A stretch of DNA of 63,915 nucleotides, counting the filler, from an uncultured delta proteobacterium (GTDB lineage: Bacteria; Bdellovibrionota_C; UBA2361; CAIXSY01): assembly GCA_903922175.1 (NCBI GenBank). It is 7 parts of 7 records of this genome, joined end to end, with 100 filler letters (N's around TTAATTAATTAA, not from the genome) between each part and the next. Parts side by side here need not be neighbours in the genome. Positions count along the whole stretch, not along the records: positions 31,573 to 39,587 come from CAIXSY010000110.1; positions 39,688 to 51,923 come from CAIXSY010000111.1; 5 more parts are not named here. One strand, 5' to 3'. Positions 37,245-47,736 of this stretch are shown piece by piece (position 1 is the first letter of the stretch; each line of letters begins with the position of its first letter). The notes beneath the pieces were generated by a model. It worked only from the letters and a program-made list of their open reading frames with translations. It searched no databases and was not told where the DNA came from. The translations under genes and the position numbers were made by a program.

Positions 37245-38798
37245 CTACAAAGGTATATTGCCATGCTTTTTCGGCGGTCGCGTTTCACGCTTTGCCAAAG
37301 TATTACGTAGCGAAAGGGCCAATATCTTTCGCGTTTCAGCTGGATCAATAACATCACTTATCAGTGCTAGTGAAGCCGCTTGATACGGCGATGCAAATTT
37401 CTCACGATACTCCCGCACCAGCTCCGCCTCTTTGGCTTTCTTGTCCTGCGCCTGCTCAATCTCACGCCGATAGAGGATCTTTACCGCTCCCTCAGCTCCC
37501 ATCACAGCGATTTCGGCCGTTGGCCAAGCCACCACCAGATCGGCCCCCATATCACTGCTGCACATGGCTAAGTAGGAACCGCCGTAGGCTTTACGCATAA
37601 TCAGAGTAATCTTAGGCACGGTGGCTGCGCCATAGGCAAACAGCATCTTCGCTCCGTGGCGAATAATACCACCACGCTCCTGAACCGATCCCGGCATAAA
37701 TCCGGGAACATCGACGAGGGTCACGATCGGGATATTGAAGATGTTACAGAAACGGATAAAGCGCGCCCCTTTGTCCGAAGAGTCGATATCGAGCGTCCCC
37801 GCACGAACCATCGGCTGGTTAGCGACTATGCCCACAACCACACCGCAGATGCGCGCAAATCCGACCACCAAATTCTTGGCAAAGTCAGCTTGTACTTCGA
37901 GAAAATCAGATTCATCAACAATGCGGGCGATGACGCCGAGAACATCAAACGGCTGCTTTGCGTCCTCTGGTATAAGCTCATTCATTCCGGGATCGGGCGA
38001 GAGATCAATCGCTGTCTCCAGGCGATGCGGAGGGTCCATCACGTTATTTGATGGAAGGAACGAAAGTAATTTCTTTAAGATCTCCATGGCGTGAAGATCG
38101 TTGTCTGCCACAAAGTGGATATTACCGCTAACTGAAGCATGCATGGCAGCGCTACCAACCTGCGCCATGGTTACATCTTCACCCGTCGCCGCCTTAATCA
38201 CATCCGGGCCGCAGATAAACATATTGGCCCCGTCCTTGAGCATGATCACGAAATCCATGAGGGCCGGCGAATAAGCGGCACCCCCGGCACACGGCCCCGC
38301 GATAACTGCAACCTGTGGCACCACACCGGAAAGGTACACGTTTTTAAAGAAGACCCGTCCATAGCCCGAAAGCGACTCGACGCCCTCTTGAATACGCGCA
38401 CCGCCGGAATCATTAAAACCAACCACCGGCATGCCGCTATGGAGAGCAAACTCCATCAGGTCGACGATCTTACGAGCATGGATACGTCCAAGCGAGCCGC
38501 CGGAAACTGAGAAATCTTGGCTAAAAACAGCCAGCGGGCGGCCATTGACCCGTCCGACACCGGTCACGACACCATCAGCCGGCATCGTTTTTTTCTCCAT
38601 CCCAAAGTGGCGACAGTCGTGGTCTGCTAAAAGACCGAACTCCTGAAAGGTCTCAGGATCGAATATCCCAGCCACACGGTCCCGCGCCGTCAGCCGCCCC
38701 TTAGAGCGTATCGCCGCAAGCTTATCTTCACCTCCACCAACCGCAGCCAAGGCCCGTCGATGGTGAAGATCTTCCAGTAATTTTTTGTCTATCGTCAT
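37245..38798 (-). CDS. Acyl-CoA carboxyltransferase (methylmalonyl-CoA decarboxylase alpha / PccB family)
   Basis: DSGGARIQEG, GPCAGGAAYSPA, VDVPGF, GAKMLFAY, RKAYGG and KKHGNIPL. Confidence 0.95.
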   Translation of the reverse strand: MTIDKKLLEDLHHRRALAAVGGGEDKLAAIRSKGRLTARDRVAGIFDPETFQEFGLLADHDCRHFGMEKKTMPADGVVTGVGRVNGRPLAVFSQDFSVSGGSLGRIHARKIVDLMEFALHSGMPVVGFNDSGGARIQEGVESLSGYGRVFFKNVYLSGVVPQVAVIAGPCAGGAAYSPALMDFVIMLKDGANMFICGPDVIKAATGEDVTMAQVGSAAMHASVSGNIHFVADNDLHAMEILKKLLSFLPSNNVMDPPHRLETAIDLSPDPGMNELIPEDAKQPFDVLGVIARIVDESDFLEVQADFAKNLVVGFARICGVVVGIVANQPMVRAGTLDIDSSDKGARFIRFCNIFNIPIVTLVDVPGFMPGSVQERGGIIRHGAKMLFAYGAATVPKITLIMRKAYGGSYLAMCSSDMGADLVVAWPTAEIAVMGAEGAVKILYRREIEQAQDKKAKEAELVREYREKFASPYQAASLALISDVIDPAETRKILALSLRNTLAKRETRPPKKHGNIPL

Positions 38799-39314
38799 AG
38801 GATTTGATCCAATCAGAAAAATAAGATCCGATACCCTCGTAATACCAGATACCGAGGGCTAACGTAACTGCTCAATCACCTTGATATCAGTAAAGACTCA
38901 GCTATCTGTTGATTCGAAAATGCAATTGTAGCACGAAGGGAGAAACTGTGGCCTTGCTCTTATTTTTGAGTGTCAATCCTTCACTTACCGAAGAGCTTCT
39001 GGGTGGCCCGGCGTCGCTCCAATTCCTCTACTGTTCCCCTCCGAATATACATGAATTATGTTGGAGTGATCTTCAGTTGCTTGCACCTTTCTTGGTGGAT
39101 ACCCATGACAACACCGAAGTTTGTTAGAACACCGTTTAACCTACTGAACTCGTCGAAAGAATCCCACCAAACAGACAGAGATTAAAACTCCAGACGGCTC
39201 GATTCCCATTAAAGATCGTTGTATGAAATTTCCACTTACCGAGAAGGTCTTACATGACGGAAAGGTGGAGGTAGAAAAGTAGCGAGGCTCTGCCTCAGAC
39301 CGACGAAAGTTGAT

Positions 39315-39587
39315 CTGTAATCTGCTATCAGAGATCTGCTTTCCGCTGACTGCATCTGATGCAGCTGCAGCTTTCGGCCGCAGCCCACGGCCTTAGCCGT
39401 CTTGTCCTACGTAGTACTTGCCGCGCCTGTCCGCCGTAGCTCCGGCCGCAAGGCCGGGCGAAGGGGGAAGGCAGGGCGTAGTAGGAAGGGACAACATAGC
39501 CAAACACATTCAAAGAAACACAGTCAAACCGGCTTGTCCAACGTAGCACTTGCCTCGTGGCAAGGCGAAGTAGAAAGGTTTGTCCAA
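39315..39587. repeat. Composite repeat cluster at a contig end
   Basis: Segments match 28383-28475 (inverted), 56897-56960 (inverted) and 60529-60576 (cttgtcctacgtag.acttgcc). Confidence 0.8.
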
Positions 39588-39687
39588 NNNNNNNNNNNNN
39601 NNNNNNNNNNNNNNNNNNNNNNNNNNNNNNNTTAATTAATTAANNNNNNNNNNNNNNNNNNNNNNNNNNNNNNNNNNNNNNNNNNNN
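39588..39687. other. Artificial contig linker
   Basis: N44-TTAATTAATTAA-N44. Confidence 0.98.
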
Positions 39688-40001
39688 CTGAGCGCCGTGT
39701 TGCCGTGCAAAATCTGTAGCACAAACAGCTGCACGGTTTGGGCGGGACCTAATATCCGGTCTCTCCAGCATAATCCAAGCGATCGGCAGATCTGCTCGAC
39801 TTCGTCCGCATTCACTACTCGCGTCCAATTCTTCTTGAGCTTCGACAAGACTTCTGTAAGACTCTCTTGCATGTTCACGGCCCTCCTGTGAGCGCTGTCG
39901 TCTCGACAACTTCACACTCGCAGGAGTGGCCATTTGTATGCAACCTATTAAAAATGTTGGATCTTTTCGATCACTTAGCTCCTTAACTTAATGCCATTCG
40001 G
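39688..40001 (-). mobile_element. IS4-family element left end (transposase N-terminus 39688-39878 plus terminal repeat)
   Basis: WRDRILGPAQTVQLFVLQILHGNT is an IS4 N-terminal pattern. cttaacttaatgccattcgg (39982-40001) is the exact inverse of 63066-63085. Confidence 0.85.
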
Positions 40002-40180
40002 TAGCGTCCCTACTTTTCAAGTCGGTAGCGTCCCTACTTTTCACTGCTGAAGCGAGGCTTTACACTCACCTGTGAGCCAAAATTGGGAATACTTTTCCCA
40101 ACGATGCACTTTTCTGGGATGATTTTAAGACTGGGGTAGTAGGGGGCAAGTCGGATTAAGTCGGTAGCGTCCCTGGTTTT
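39998..40180. repeat. REP-like tcggtagcgtccct copies (x3)
   Basis: Copies at 39998, 40022 and 40161; same family as 28359. Confidence 0.85.
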
Positions 40181-40240
40181 CCTCTATTACGGGGATTTAT
40201 TGTTAGTTTCTGTCCGTAGGACAGAAACTAGAGTAAGGTA

Positions 40241-40732
40241 ATGACCATGGGGAAAATCAAAAAATTTGCAAATCTGAGTATTCGTAAGATTACCGGCGGA
40301 AAGGATCCGATCCGTCTGGTTGAAGACTTCATCACCAGATTAGGCTTTGATCCCGATGAGTGTCAGAAGCACAAAAACTCCGACGATGTGCGCTGGATGG
40401 TATCGGTGGAAAAGGGCGAGGATCTAGAGATCCTCGTCGAGGGGCTAAAAAGCTCGGCCGATACGACGATCTACATGGGCGTCAACATCGCCACCGTACC
40501 GGTGCGTGGCGGCGACGAGATGCTTGCCGCGGCGTTGGAGATCGCCGACGGTTTGGTCGGAATAAAGATTAGCCTGGTCGGTCACTACCTCGTCTTAAGC
40601 GCCAGCATGGGAACCGCCGGCATTAGCGTCGACGAAATTGATTACAGCTATCGCCTGATTACGGCACAGTCGACCTGGTTCAAAGAAACTCTGGCTGAAG
40701 AGCTGGGCTGGGAACAGGTTCCCTCCGAATAG
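40241..40732 (+). CDS. Hypothetical protein, possibly YbjN/T3SS-chaperone-like fold
   Basis: 163-aa acidic ORF with RBS aagg and an alpha-beta3-alpha-beta2-alpha-like pattern judged by eye. Confidence 0.6.
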   Translation: MTMGKIKKFANLSIRKITGGKDPIRLVEDFITRLGFDPDECQKHKNSDDVRWMVSVEKGEDLEILVEGLKSSADTTIYMGVNIATVPVRGGDEMLAAALEIADGLVGIKISLVGHYLVLSASMGTAGISVDEIDYSYRLITAQSTWFKETLAEELGWEQVPSE

Positions 40733-41116
40733 AAACTTCTGCGAAGTTTCTGGCATAAACTCTTCTGATGTTGCAGCCTAGTTCTACCCAAATCGGTTTC
40801 TTCCAAGGCGCAGTTCGATTTTATAACAATTTCTGTAGGGAAACGCTTTTGATTAATTATCAGTGGTAAAAAGCCACTTGTCGACCGATTTTGCGAGGAG
40901 GCGAAGCCTGCGCTGTCCAAAAACCGGGGGGTTGCGCCGGAAGTGAAACTTGCCCGTTTCAGTTAATCTCTAAAGGCGAACCACTAGAATTGGAAGGTAA
41001 GGTTTTGGGTCATGAGCCTCTCGTCCACCAATTTCAGCATTTCAGTGCCTTGAGTAGTTCAAGAGGGAGGAATACACTTGGGGAGCTTAGGTTATAGCTT
41101 TTTTATATAGAGCTGG

Positions 41117-41695
41117 ATGAATTTTCACCTAAATAAAGCAATCTATAGTGTGAATCTAGTGGCCGAGATATGCGCTCGCCGTATTATTCGACGACATTGT
41201 GACCTGCTCGAAAACTCGACATACTCTGGATGGTCTCCGTCTGGCACCTACGTAATAGGCGATTATAAAGGTTACCGCGCCAAGTTTGGCTGCGATCTGT
41301 CTGGTTGTCATCCCTTTGGAACCAAAGGATCGAGAGGTCAAGCTAAGTTCCAATTCGTCACTGCTATACGACTCCAAGACTCCCGTTCGAAAGGTCTTTA
41401 CTCTTCTATGCCGACTGCTGTGGGCGGCTACTTACTTGAACAAGGTTGGCTTATCAGTAAAATATCAACCCATAGCAATAAGGCATTTCAAGCGCTTCAA
41501 CAGATAGAAAAGACGTTTCTTCCGAATGTAAAAGCTGACTTAGGAAGAATTCTAGAAACTGTGAAGTCAGTTGAGTGCGGTCAAATAGCAGTAGACATTA
41601 GTGTGGCAAAAAGAACTGAGAAGATTTTGAAGGCATTTATTTGGCTCGGAATCATCGTGATTGGAGTCTCAGTTATTTATGCGGTGAGCTGGTAA
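41117..41695 (+). CDS. Hypothetical protein with a C-terminal TM helix
   Basis: 192-aa AT-rich ORF ending FIWLGIIVIGVSVIYAVSW. Confidence 0.5.
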   Translation: MNFHLNKAIYSVNLVAEICARRIIRRHCDLLENSTYSGWSPSGTYVIGDYKGYRAKFGCDLSGCHPFGTKGSRGQAKFQFVTAIRLQDSRSKGLYSSMPTAVGGYLLEQGWLISKISTHSNKAFQALQQIEKTFLPNVKADLGRILETVKSVECGQIAVDISVAKRTEKILKAFIWLGIIVIGVSVIYAVSW

Positions 41696-42042
41696 TCTCA
41701 ATCAGCGAAACCCGTTCCTTGTCCCTCATCCCGCCTGCCTCCACTCACCAAACAGAAACCGCTCCGGGATCTGCTCTCCTTTGACGGAATTCATAGACGC
41801 AGGGCATCTTTCCATTTTTATTTTTATTTCACTGCTCGCGCTGTCTTTTTTTCGGGCTTGAGTGAAATCAATATCTCCTTCCATGGCAAAAGACTAACCA
41901 CTTCTCTAAATCACCGGGAACAGATTTACTGCGAGGAGTGCTTTTTGGTCTTACATACTCAAACGACTGCGACAGCACCTCCGCCTAACTACCTTTCTCT
42001 CTACCCTCTTGATTTTCTACGCAGCTGTTAGTTTTTATGCCA

Positions 42043-42098
42043 GGGGCTGTCCCGGCACTAATACTCGCCTGCCTTTGGGGCTTCTGGGACAGCCCCTA
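42043..42098. repeat. 56-bp gggacagcccc REP doublet
   Basis: Near-identical reverse complement of 60272-60327; begins at the uvrD TAG stop. Confidence 0.85.
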
Positions 42099-44540
42099 TT
42101 TGACCACCCACAACTTAGCGTACTTGAGCACGAGTTTTTTTGAGCCTTCGAAATTCTTAAACTGGACGAAGACTTCGAGACTCGAGGGGTCCTCGGGCTC
42201 GCTTATCTGTAGTTTCTCGACCACGCCTTCGCCGAAGACTGAGTGCAGCACGGTCGTGCCCGGATTTAAGTCCGCACTCTGAGCCGGAGTGGCTCCGGGC
42301 GGAAGAGGAATCGTGTTGGCTTTTTTCGTCGTGCCCTGAGCCCCAATGGCATCGGCGCGTGAAATCCCGAAGCTCCCAGAGCTTATGCTGCTACGGCGCG
42401 GCATGCCTGCTCCGGGGCCGCGGTAGTGCTCGGTCTTTGGAGCGCTACTTGCCTTGCTTCGAAATTTAGAGCTCTCGCCATCGTCGAATTCGATATCATC
42501 ATCGTCCAGGTTGGGCACCGCTGCTCTTCCCTCGGTGAATTCATCACTGAGGTGTTTGAGCGTCTCGGGAGGGATGTCAAAGGCAAAGCGGCTTGGATCT
42601 CGATATAAACCTGAGAGTCCAAAGCCGTCAGATGCCGAAAACATACCGCGTTTAACGGCGCGCGTAAGAAAGAGCATGCGCATGGCGCGTGTCATTCCGA
42701 CATAGCAGAGACGCCGTTCCTCTTCGATAGCCTTTGGATCTTCAATAGAGCGGTAGTGCGGCATCAAGCCCTCTTCCGCTCCGGTGAGGAAGACGAGGGG
42801 AAATTCTAGCCCTTTGGCAAGATGGAGCGTCATCAGAGAAACCGTACCTTGTGCCTTGCCTTCACCCGCAACTGCTTCCTGCTCGACCGGCCCATCGCTA
42901 CCTGCGGTAAGGGCTACGCGATCAAGGAACTGGCGTAAGTTTTCAAAAGGCTCGACGGCCGGAGTCTGTAGTGTCTGCGCCAGCGCCACAAGTTCGCGCA
43001 AGTTTTCGATGCGTGATTGTGAGGCCGGATCTTTGAGCTTTTCAAGCTTCACGGCGTATTCGGTGCGATCGATGACGGCGTTGAGAAGGTCGTGAAGGGC
43101 AAGCTTGCGCGAGTCCTCTTTTAACCCGGCAATGAGTGCTACGTAAGCCTCAATCTCCTTTGGGCCATCACTTTCGGCGACGAGAGATGCCGCCGCCGAG
43201 AGCAGGGCCGTGCCGTCTTTTTTGGCACGCGCGCCAACGAGTAGCAGCTTCTGTGCCCCGATGCCACGTGGTGGGGTGTTAATTGTCCGCATAAAGGCCT
43301 GGTCGTCGGACTCGTTTACGAGCAGGCGCAGATACGCCAGAATATCCTTAATTTCTTTGCGGTCGTAGAATTTCAGTCCGCCGAATATGCGATACGGAAT
43401 CTTCTGTGCCACGAGCGCCTCTTCAAGGGCTCGGGATTGGGCATTGGTGCGGTAGAATATGGCGATGTCTTTGTAGTTAGTTCCCTGGCGGGCGCGCGAG
43501 GAGATTTCACGAACGACGAATGAGGCTTCGTCGCTTTCATCCCCGGCAACGTAGGTCCAGATCGGCGCACCCTCAGGCGCCGTGGTCCACAGTTTTTTCG
43601 ACTTCCGTCCTTTGTTCTTCTCAATTACCGCATGCGAGGCTTTGAGAATATTGGCCGTCGATCGGTAGTTCTGTTCGAGCTTTACGACCTTGGTATTAGT
43701 GTAATCTTTTTCGAATTCGAGGATGTTGCGGATCGTCGCCCCGCGGAAAGCGTAGATCGATTGGTCATCGTCGCCGACGACGAGCAGATTGTTGCGTGGA
43801 GCGGCCATGAGGCGCACGAAGCGATACTGTACGGCGTTGGTGTCTTGGTACTCATCGACGAGGATGAATTGCACCTGACTGCGGTAGAGTTCGAGCAGTT
43901 GAGGCATTTCAAGCAGGCGCACCGCGTTGACCAGCAGATCACCGAAGTCCATGGCGTTGGACTTATGCAGCGCATGTTGATAGGCCTGGTAGACCTCCTG
44001 CTGCATGATGCACTCATGCTTGAAGCGTCCATTCCCCTGGAAGGCGTCAGCCGAAATGTAGGCATTCTTGGCCTGATCAATCATGCGTGAGAAGTACTGC
44101 ACGGGATAGCGCTTCTCGTCGATGCCAGCCTCCTTGATGATCGCCTTGAGCGTGTTTTTTGAGTCGTGCTCGTCGTACACGACGAAGTCATTCGTATAGC
44201 CAAGGTACTGGGCGTGACGGCGCAGCATGCGCAACGCGGCTGAGTGAAACGTTGCTACCCACAACTCCTCGGCGCGGGCTCCGAGCAGCTTCTGTAAGCG
44301 TTCGCGCATCTCTTCGGTGGCTTTGTTCGTAAAAGTCACCGCTAGAATGTGCTGTGGGGCGATGCCCTGTTCAAGCACGAGGGTGGCGACACGCCGCGTT
44401 AGGACTCGTGTTTTTCCGGAGCCTGCTCCAGCAAGTACTAGGATTGGGCCTTCAAAATGGCGCACGGCCTCAAGTTGCGGAGGATTAAGGCCTTCGTAAA
44501 GGGAGGAGGAATAGGTTGTTTGGTCGGGAGGTAAATTCAC
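42096..44540 (-). CDS. uvrD: ATP-dependent DNA helicase UvrD/PcrA
   Basis: AGAGSGKT, VTFTNKA, VDEYQD, VGDDDQSIY, QNYRS, AKGLEF, EERRLCYVGMTRA and a Tudor-like C-terminus (VLHSVFGEG). Confidence 0.96.
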   Translation of the reverse strand: MNLPPDQTTYSSSLYEGLNPPQLEAVRHFEGPILVLAGAGSGKTRVLTRRVATLVLEQGIAPQHILAVTFTNKATEEMRERLQKLLGARAEELWVATFHSAALRMLRRHAQYLGYTNDFVVYDEHDSKNTLKAIIKEAGIDEKRYPVQYFSRMIDQAKNAYISADAFQGNGRFKHECIMQQEVYQAYQHALHKSNAMDFGDLLVNAVRLLEMPQLLELYRSQVQFILVDEYQDTNAVQYRFVRLMAAPRNNLLVVGDDDQSIYAFRGATIRNILEFEKDYTNTKVVKLEQNYRSTANILKASHAVIEKNKGRKSKKLWTTAPEGAPIWTYVAGDESDEASFVVREISSRARQGTNYKDIAIFYRTNAQSRALEEALVAQKIPYRIFGGLKFYDRKEIKDILAYLRLLVNESDDQAFMRTINTPPRGIGAQKLLLVGARAKKDGTALLSAAASLVAESDGPKEIEAYVALIAGLKEDSRKLALHDLLNAVIDRTEYAVKLEKLKDPASQSRIENLRELVALAQTLQTPAVEPFENLRQFLDRVALTAGSDGPVEQEAVAGEGKAQGTVSLMTLHLAKGLEFPLVFLTGAEEGLMPHYRSIEDPKAIEEERRLCYVGMTRAMRMLFLTRAVKRGMFSASDGFGLSGLYRDPSRFAFDIPPETLKHLSDEFTEGRAAVPNLDDDDIEFDDGESSKFRSKASSAPKTEHYRGPGAGMPRRSSISSGSFGISRADAIGAQGTTKKANTIPLPPGATPAQSADLNPGTTVLHSVFGEGVVEKLQISEPEDPSSLEVFVQFKNFEGSKKLVLKYAKLWVVK

Positions 44541-44661
44541 AGCGGGTAAAGATGAACTACTTTAAGTGAGATGTCTAGCAAGGAGTGATGCTTCGCATCA
44601 CTCCTTGGTTTTATTGATGTCAAATAAGGTGGTATACATTTTTTGATGAGCTTTTACCCAC

Positions 44662-44950
44662 CATGGTCTTGGTATGGTCTTGGTGCCGTATTTATAGTCT
44701 TATTCTCAGTCCTTGTCATGGTCTACCCACTCCGGTCTTAATATTAACTAATAATATTATCGCGTATTCCAGGAGAAAGTTTCCTGACTATAGACGGGAG
44801 AGATGAGAATTAGACCATGACTATGAGCGAGAATAAGAGCGAGGCTAAGAGATTCCTGACATCGGGTAGGTTTGTGGGGAGTAGTTAGTCCTTAGCCCTA
44901 GCCTTTTTCTTAATGCTTAAGACAGAAGGTGCGGGCGACGGCTAAGGCCA
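44662..44950. repeat. Hexamer-array palindromes
   Basis: tggtct/tagtct arrays mirrored by agacca/tgacta/tgagcg arrays, followed by a tagccc-type hairpin. Confidence 0.6.
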
Positions 44951-45355
44951 AGTGCAACCGTTTCCTCTCCGGTTTGAAGCAGCGACTCTTGCCTTGAGAT
45001 GTGGCAAGCTCCCCATCCCCCCCTCCATGCCTTCTCGTACAGGCATGTGTCTTAAAGGCTCGGATCTTCCTACGCCCGCTCCCCTACCACCTGCCCCAAG
45101 AGAGAGCGCTTTTCGTGGCTGCGCACCCATGCGCGCTGCGGTGCTGGGGTACCGCGGCTTGTGCCGAGTACGTACTCAGCTAGCAGTCGCGTGATGTACA
45201 GAAGTGTAAAGGCGATCGCTACAAAATCAAATCCAATCGATAGTTCCGGGCTCATCTGTATCCTCCGTTAGTTTCTATAATAGTTCTATACCGGAAGCCG
45301 AATAGAAGTTCAAGTATATTTCTAGTATCTATGGTTAATGCAAGGAGGAAGCTTG

Positions 45356-45539
45356 CGTAACTGCTCATTAACCCGTAATTGCTCATTAAGTCTGGGGCGA
45401 GTCTTTACCCTAGTCTTGGTTCTGGTCATGGTCAATTAGTCAATGATTTCGGCCAAGGACACGACAAGGACTTAGGACCAGAACCAAGACCAGGACTAGG
45501 ATAAAGGTTCTTTAACCCCAGGTTATTGAGCAGATTCCG
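45356..45539. repeat. Complete shell-A element with a ggtct/agacc hexamer core
   Basis: cgtaactgctcattaa (partly duplicated) ... cctagtcttggttctggtc / gaccagaaccaagaccagg ... ccccaggttattgagcag. Confidence 0.8.
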
Positions 45540-45583
45540 CGCTAGTTGTTAAAGCTTCGGTTCTGGGTAAGAATAATCAACTA

Positions 45584-46201
45584 ATGTCCGGAAACTATAA
45601 TCGTAAAGACCACTTATATGAAAAGGCCAAGGAGCAGGGCTATCGTTCCCGTGCGGCCTTTAAGCTTCAGGAGCTTAACCAGAAGTACTGCTTAGTAAAA
45701 CATGATACTAAAATAATCGATCTTGGGGCTTGGCCAGGTGGATGGATGCAGGTGTCGGCTGAGCTTATTGGCACAGGCGGTGTTGTAGTTGGGATCGATC
45801 TGGTAGAGATAGATAAGTTTAGCCATCCACGAGTGCACGTTCTTCAGGGGGATGTGCGCGAGGAGCTAGTCATAAAGCAGGCCTTGGGGCTTGCCGGCGG
45901 GCGATTCGACGTGGTTTTGTCTGATATGTCGCCCAAGCTTTGCGGCATTCCTGAGGTTGATCGCTATGCAGCGGTAGGTCTAAATGAGCTGGCTGCCTGG
46001 GCCTGTGGTTATACGCTCCGGCAGGGTGGTAATTTCGTGGTGAAGGTTTTTAAGAGCAACGAGGCTGAGCAGTTTGTGAAAAGTATAAGACCGTTATTTA
46101 ATAAGGTCGTACGCAGTGAACTCGATGCTACGCGCAAAACTTCAAATGAATTCTATGTTGTTGGGCTTGGTTACAAGGGGCCTAGCCAGGAGCTCGCATG
46201 A
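45584..46201 (+). CDS. rlmE: 23S rRNA Um2552 methyltransferase
   Basis: GYRSRAAFKL, DLGAWPGGW, VLSDMSP, VVKVF and SNEFY. Confidence 0.95.
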   Translation: MSGNYNRKDHLYEKAKEQGYRSRAAFKLQELNQKYCLVKHDTKIIDLGAWPGGWMQVSAELIGTGGVVVGIDLVEIDKFSHPRVHVLQGDVREELVIKQALGLAGGRFDVVLSDMSPKLCGIPEVDRYAAVGLNELAAWACGYTLRQGGNFVVKVFKSNEAEQFVKSIRPLFNKVVRSELDATRKTSNEFYVVGLGYKGPSQELA

Positions 46202-46980
46202 TCAATCCTGTTGCCGCTACTGAAAAATTGGGGAGATCTGTTCTCGATATCTCCGAGGCTTGGGGGCGGGCATGGATCTTCCTATTTCACACTCTGGGGG
46301 CGATGTTCTCTCCGCCCTTTCGTTTCCAGCTCTTTTTGATGCAGATGTATCAGATCGGAGTGAACTCCACCCTGGTGATTGCGCTGATCGGCTTATTTAC
46401 CGGTGCCGTGCTCGCCGTGCAGGGTAACTATACGCTCTCCAAGTTCGGCGCTACTGCATACGTCGGCTCGGCTGTTGCAATCAGTTTGATTCGAGAGCTT
46501 GGTCCGGTACTCACCGCGTTGATGGTGATCGGCCGGGCTGGTTCAGCTATCACGGCTGAGGTCGGTATCATGCGCATTACCGAACAGATTGATGCCCTCA
46601 AATCGATGGCGGTCGACCCGATGAGATATCTTATGGCGCCGCGCATGTTGGCGGGGTTGGTAGCCATGCCACTCCTGACTGGATTGTTTGTTGTCGTCGG
46701 CATCGGCGGCGGTTATATCGTCGGCGTCTACATCCTCGACCTAAGCCCGGGCGTGATGCTCTCTGATATCGACTTGGTCGATCTGTACTCAGGCTTAATC
46801 AAGGCGATCTGTTTCGGCTTCATCTTTGGCTGGGTGGCTTGTTACAAGGGTTATACCTGTGGCTTTGGCGCTGTCGGCGTCAACAAGGCCACGACTCAGT
46901 CTGTAGTGACTGCCTCAGTCGCGGTGCTCGTCATCGACTATTTCTTAACTAGTATTCTGACCCGTGTATTCATGGAGTAG
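46198..46980 (+). CDS. mlaE: Mla ABC transporter permease
   Basis: RELGPVLTA...GRAGSAITAEVG.MRITEQIDAL and VNKATTQSVV. Confidence 0.95.
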   Translation: MINPVAATEKLGRSVLDISEAWGRAWIFLFHTLGAMFSPPFRFQLFLMQMYQIGVNSTLVIALIGLFTGAVLAVQGNYTLSKFGATAYVGSAVAISLIRELGPVLTALMVIGRAGSAITAEVGIMRITEQIDALKSMAVDPMRYLMAPRMLAGLVAMPLLTGLFVVVGIGGGYIVGVYILDLSPGVMLSDIDLVDLYSGLIKAICFGFIFGWVACYKGYTCGFGAVGVNKATTQSVVTASVAVLVIDYFLTSILTRVFME

Positions 46981-46986
46981 CTGCAG

Positions 46987-47736
46987 GTGATTTCGGTCTG
47001 CAACGTCAGCAAACGCTTCGGAGCCCAGGTTGTTCTGGAGCACGTTAGCTTGGAGATCCCCGAAGGGCGGACGACGGCTATCGTCGGCCCAAGCGGTGTG
47101 GGGAAATCTGTTCTCCTCAAGCTGATCATGGGTATCTTGCAGCCGGATGAAGGTGAGATTTTTGTTTTTGGCGAGAACATGACGGCGGCACGCAGCGAAA
47201 CTGAGCGGAACAGGATTCGAGAATGCCTCGGGGTGCTTTTTCAGGCGGCGGCGCTTTTTGATTCCCTGACCGTTTACGAAAATGTCTGTTTCCCCCTTAT
47301 CGAGCGGCTGCATCTTTCGCCCAAGGAGGCGCACCCCCGGGTTGTCGAGATCCTCGAGTCGTTGAGCCTCACCGATTACGCCGCTAACTTTCCGGAAGAG
47401 ATCTCAATCGGCATGCGTAAGCGCGTCGGCTTGGCGCGGGCCCTGGTGACGCGTCCGAAGGTCGTGCTCTTTGATGAGCCCAACACCGGACTCGACCCAC
47501 TCGTTGGTCAGGAGGTTTACGATCTGATTAAGGAGACCAAGGCAACTTGGGGGTATACCGGCATCGTCATTAGCCACGAGCTGCCTGAGGTATTTCAGGT
47601 TGCCGATCGCGTCGTTATGTTGCTTAAGGGGAGCATCGTTAAAGACGGCACACCACAAGAGTTTATTGATTCAGACAATCCAGCAGTACAGCAGTTTTTG
47701 CACGGGAGAACCGATGGTCCAATTAGAATCCAATAA
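46987..47736 (+). CDS. mlaF: Mla ABC transporter ATPase
   Basis: GPSGVGKS, FQAAALFDSL, SIGMRKRVGLARAL and DEPNTGLDP. Confidence 0.93.
   Translation: MISVCNVSKRFGAQVVLEHVSLEIPEGRTTAIVGPSGVGKSVLLKLIMGILQPDEGEIFVFGENMTAARSETERNRIRECLGVLFQAAALFDSLTVYENVCFPLIERLHLSPKEAHPRVVEILESLSLTDYAANFPEEISIGMRKRVGLARALVTRPKVVLFDEPNTGLDPLVGQEVYDLIKETKATWGYTGIVISHELPEVFQVADRVVMLLKGSIVKDGTPQEFIDSDNPAVQQFLHGRTDGPIRIQ

Noticed and set aside
44942..45255. Short ORFs between uvrD and rlmE
   Set aside because: They overlap each other, are flanked by repeats and show no recognisable family. 45070-45255 might be real but cannot be supported.
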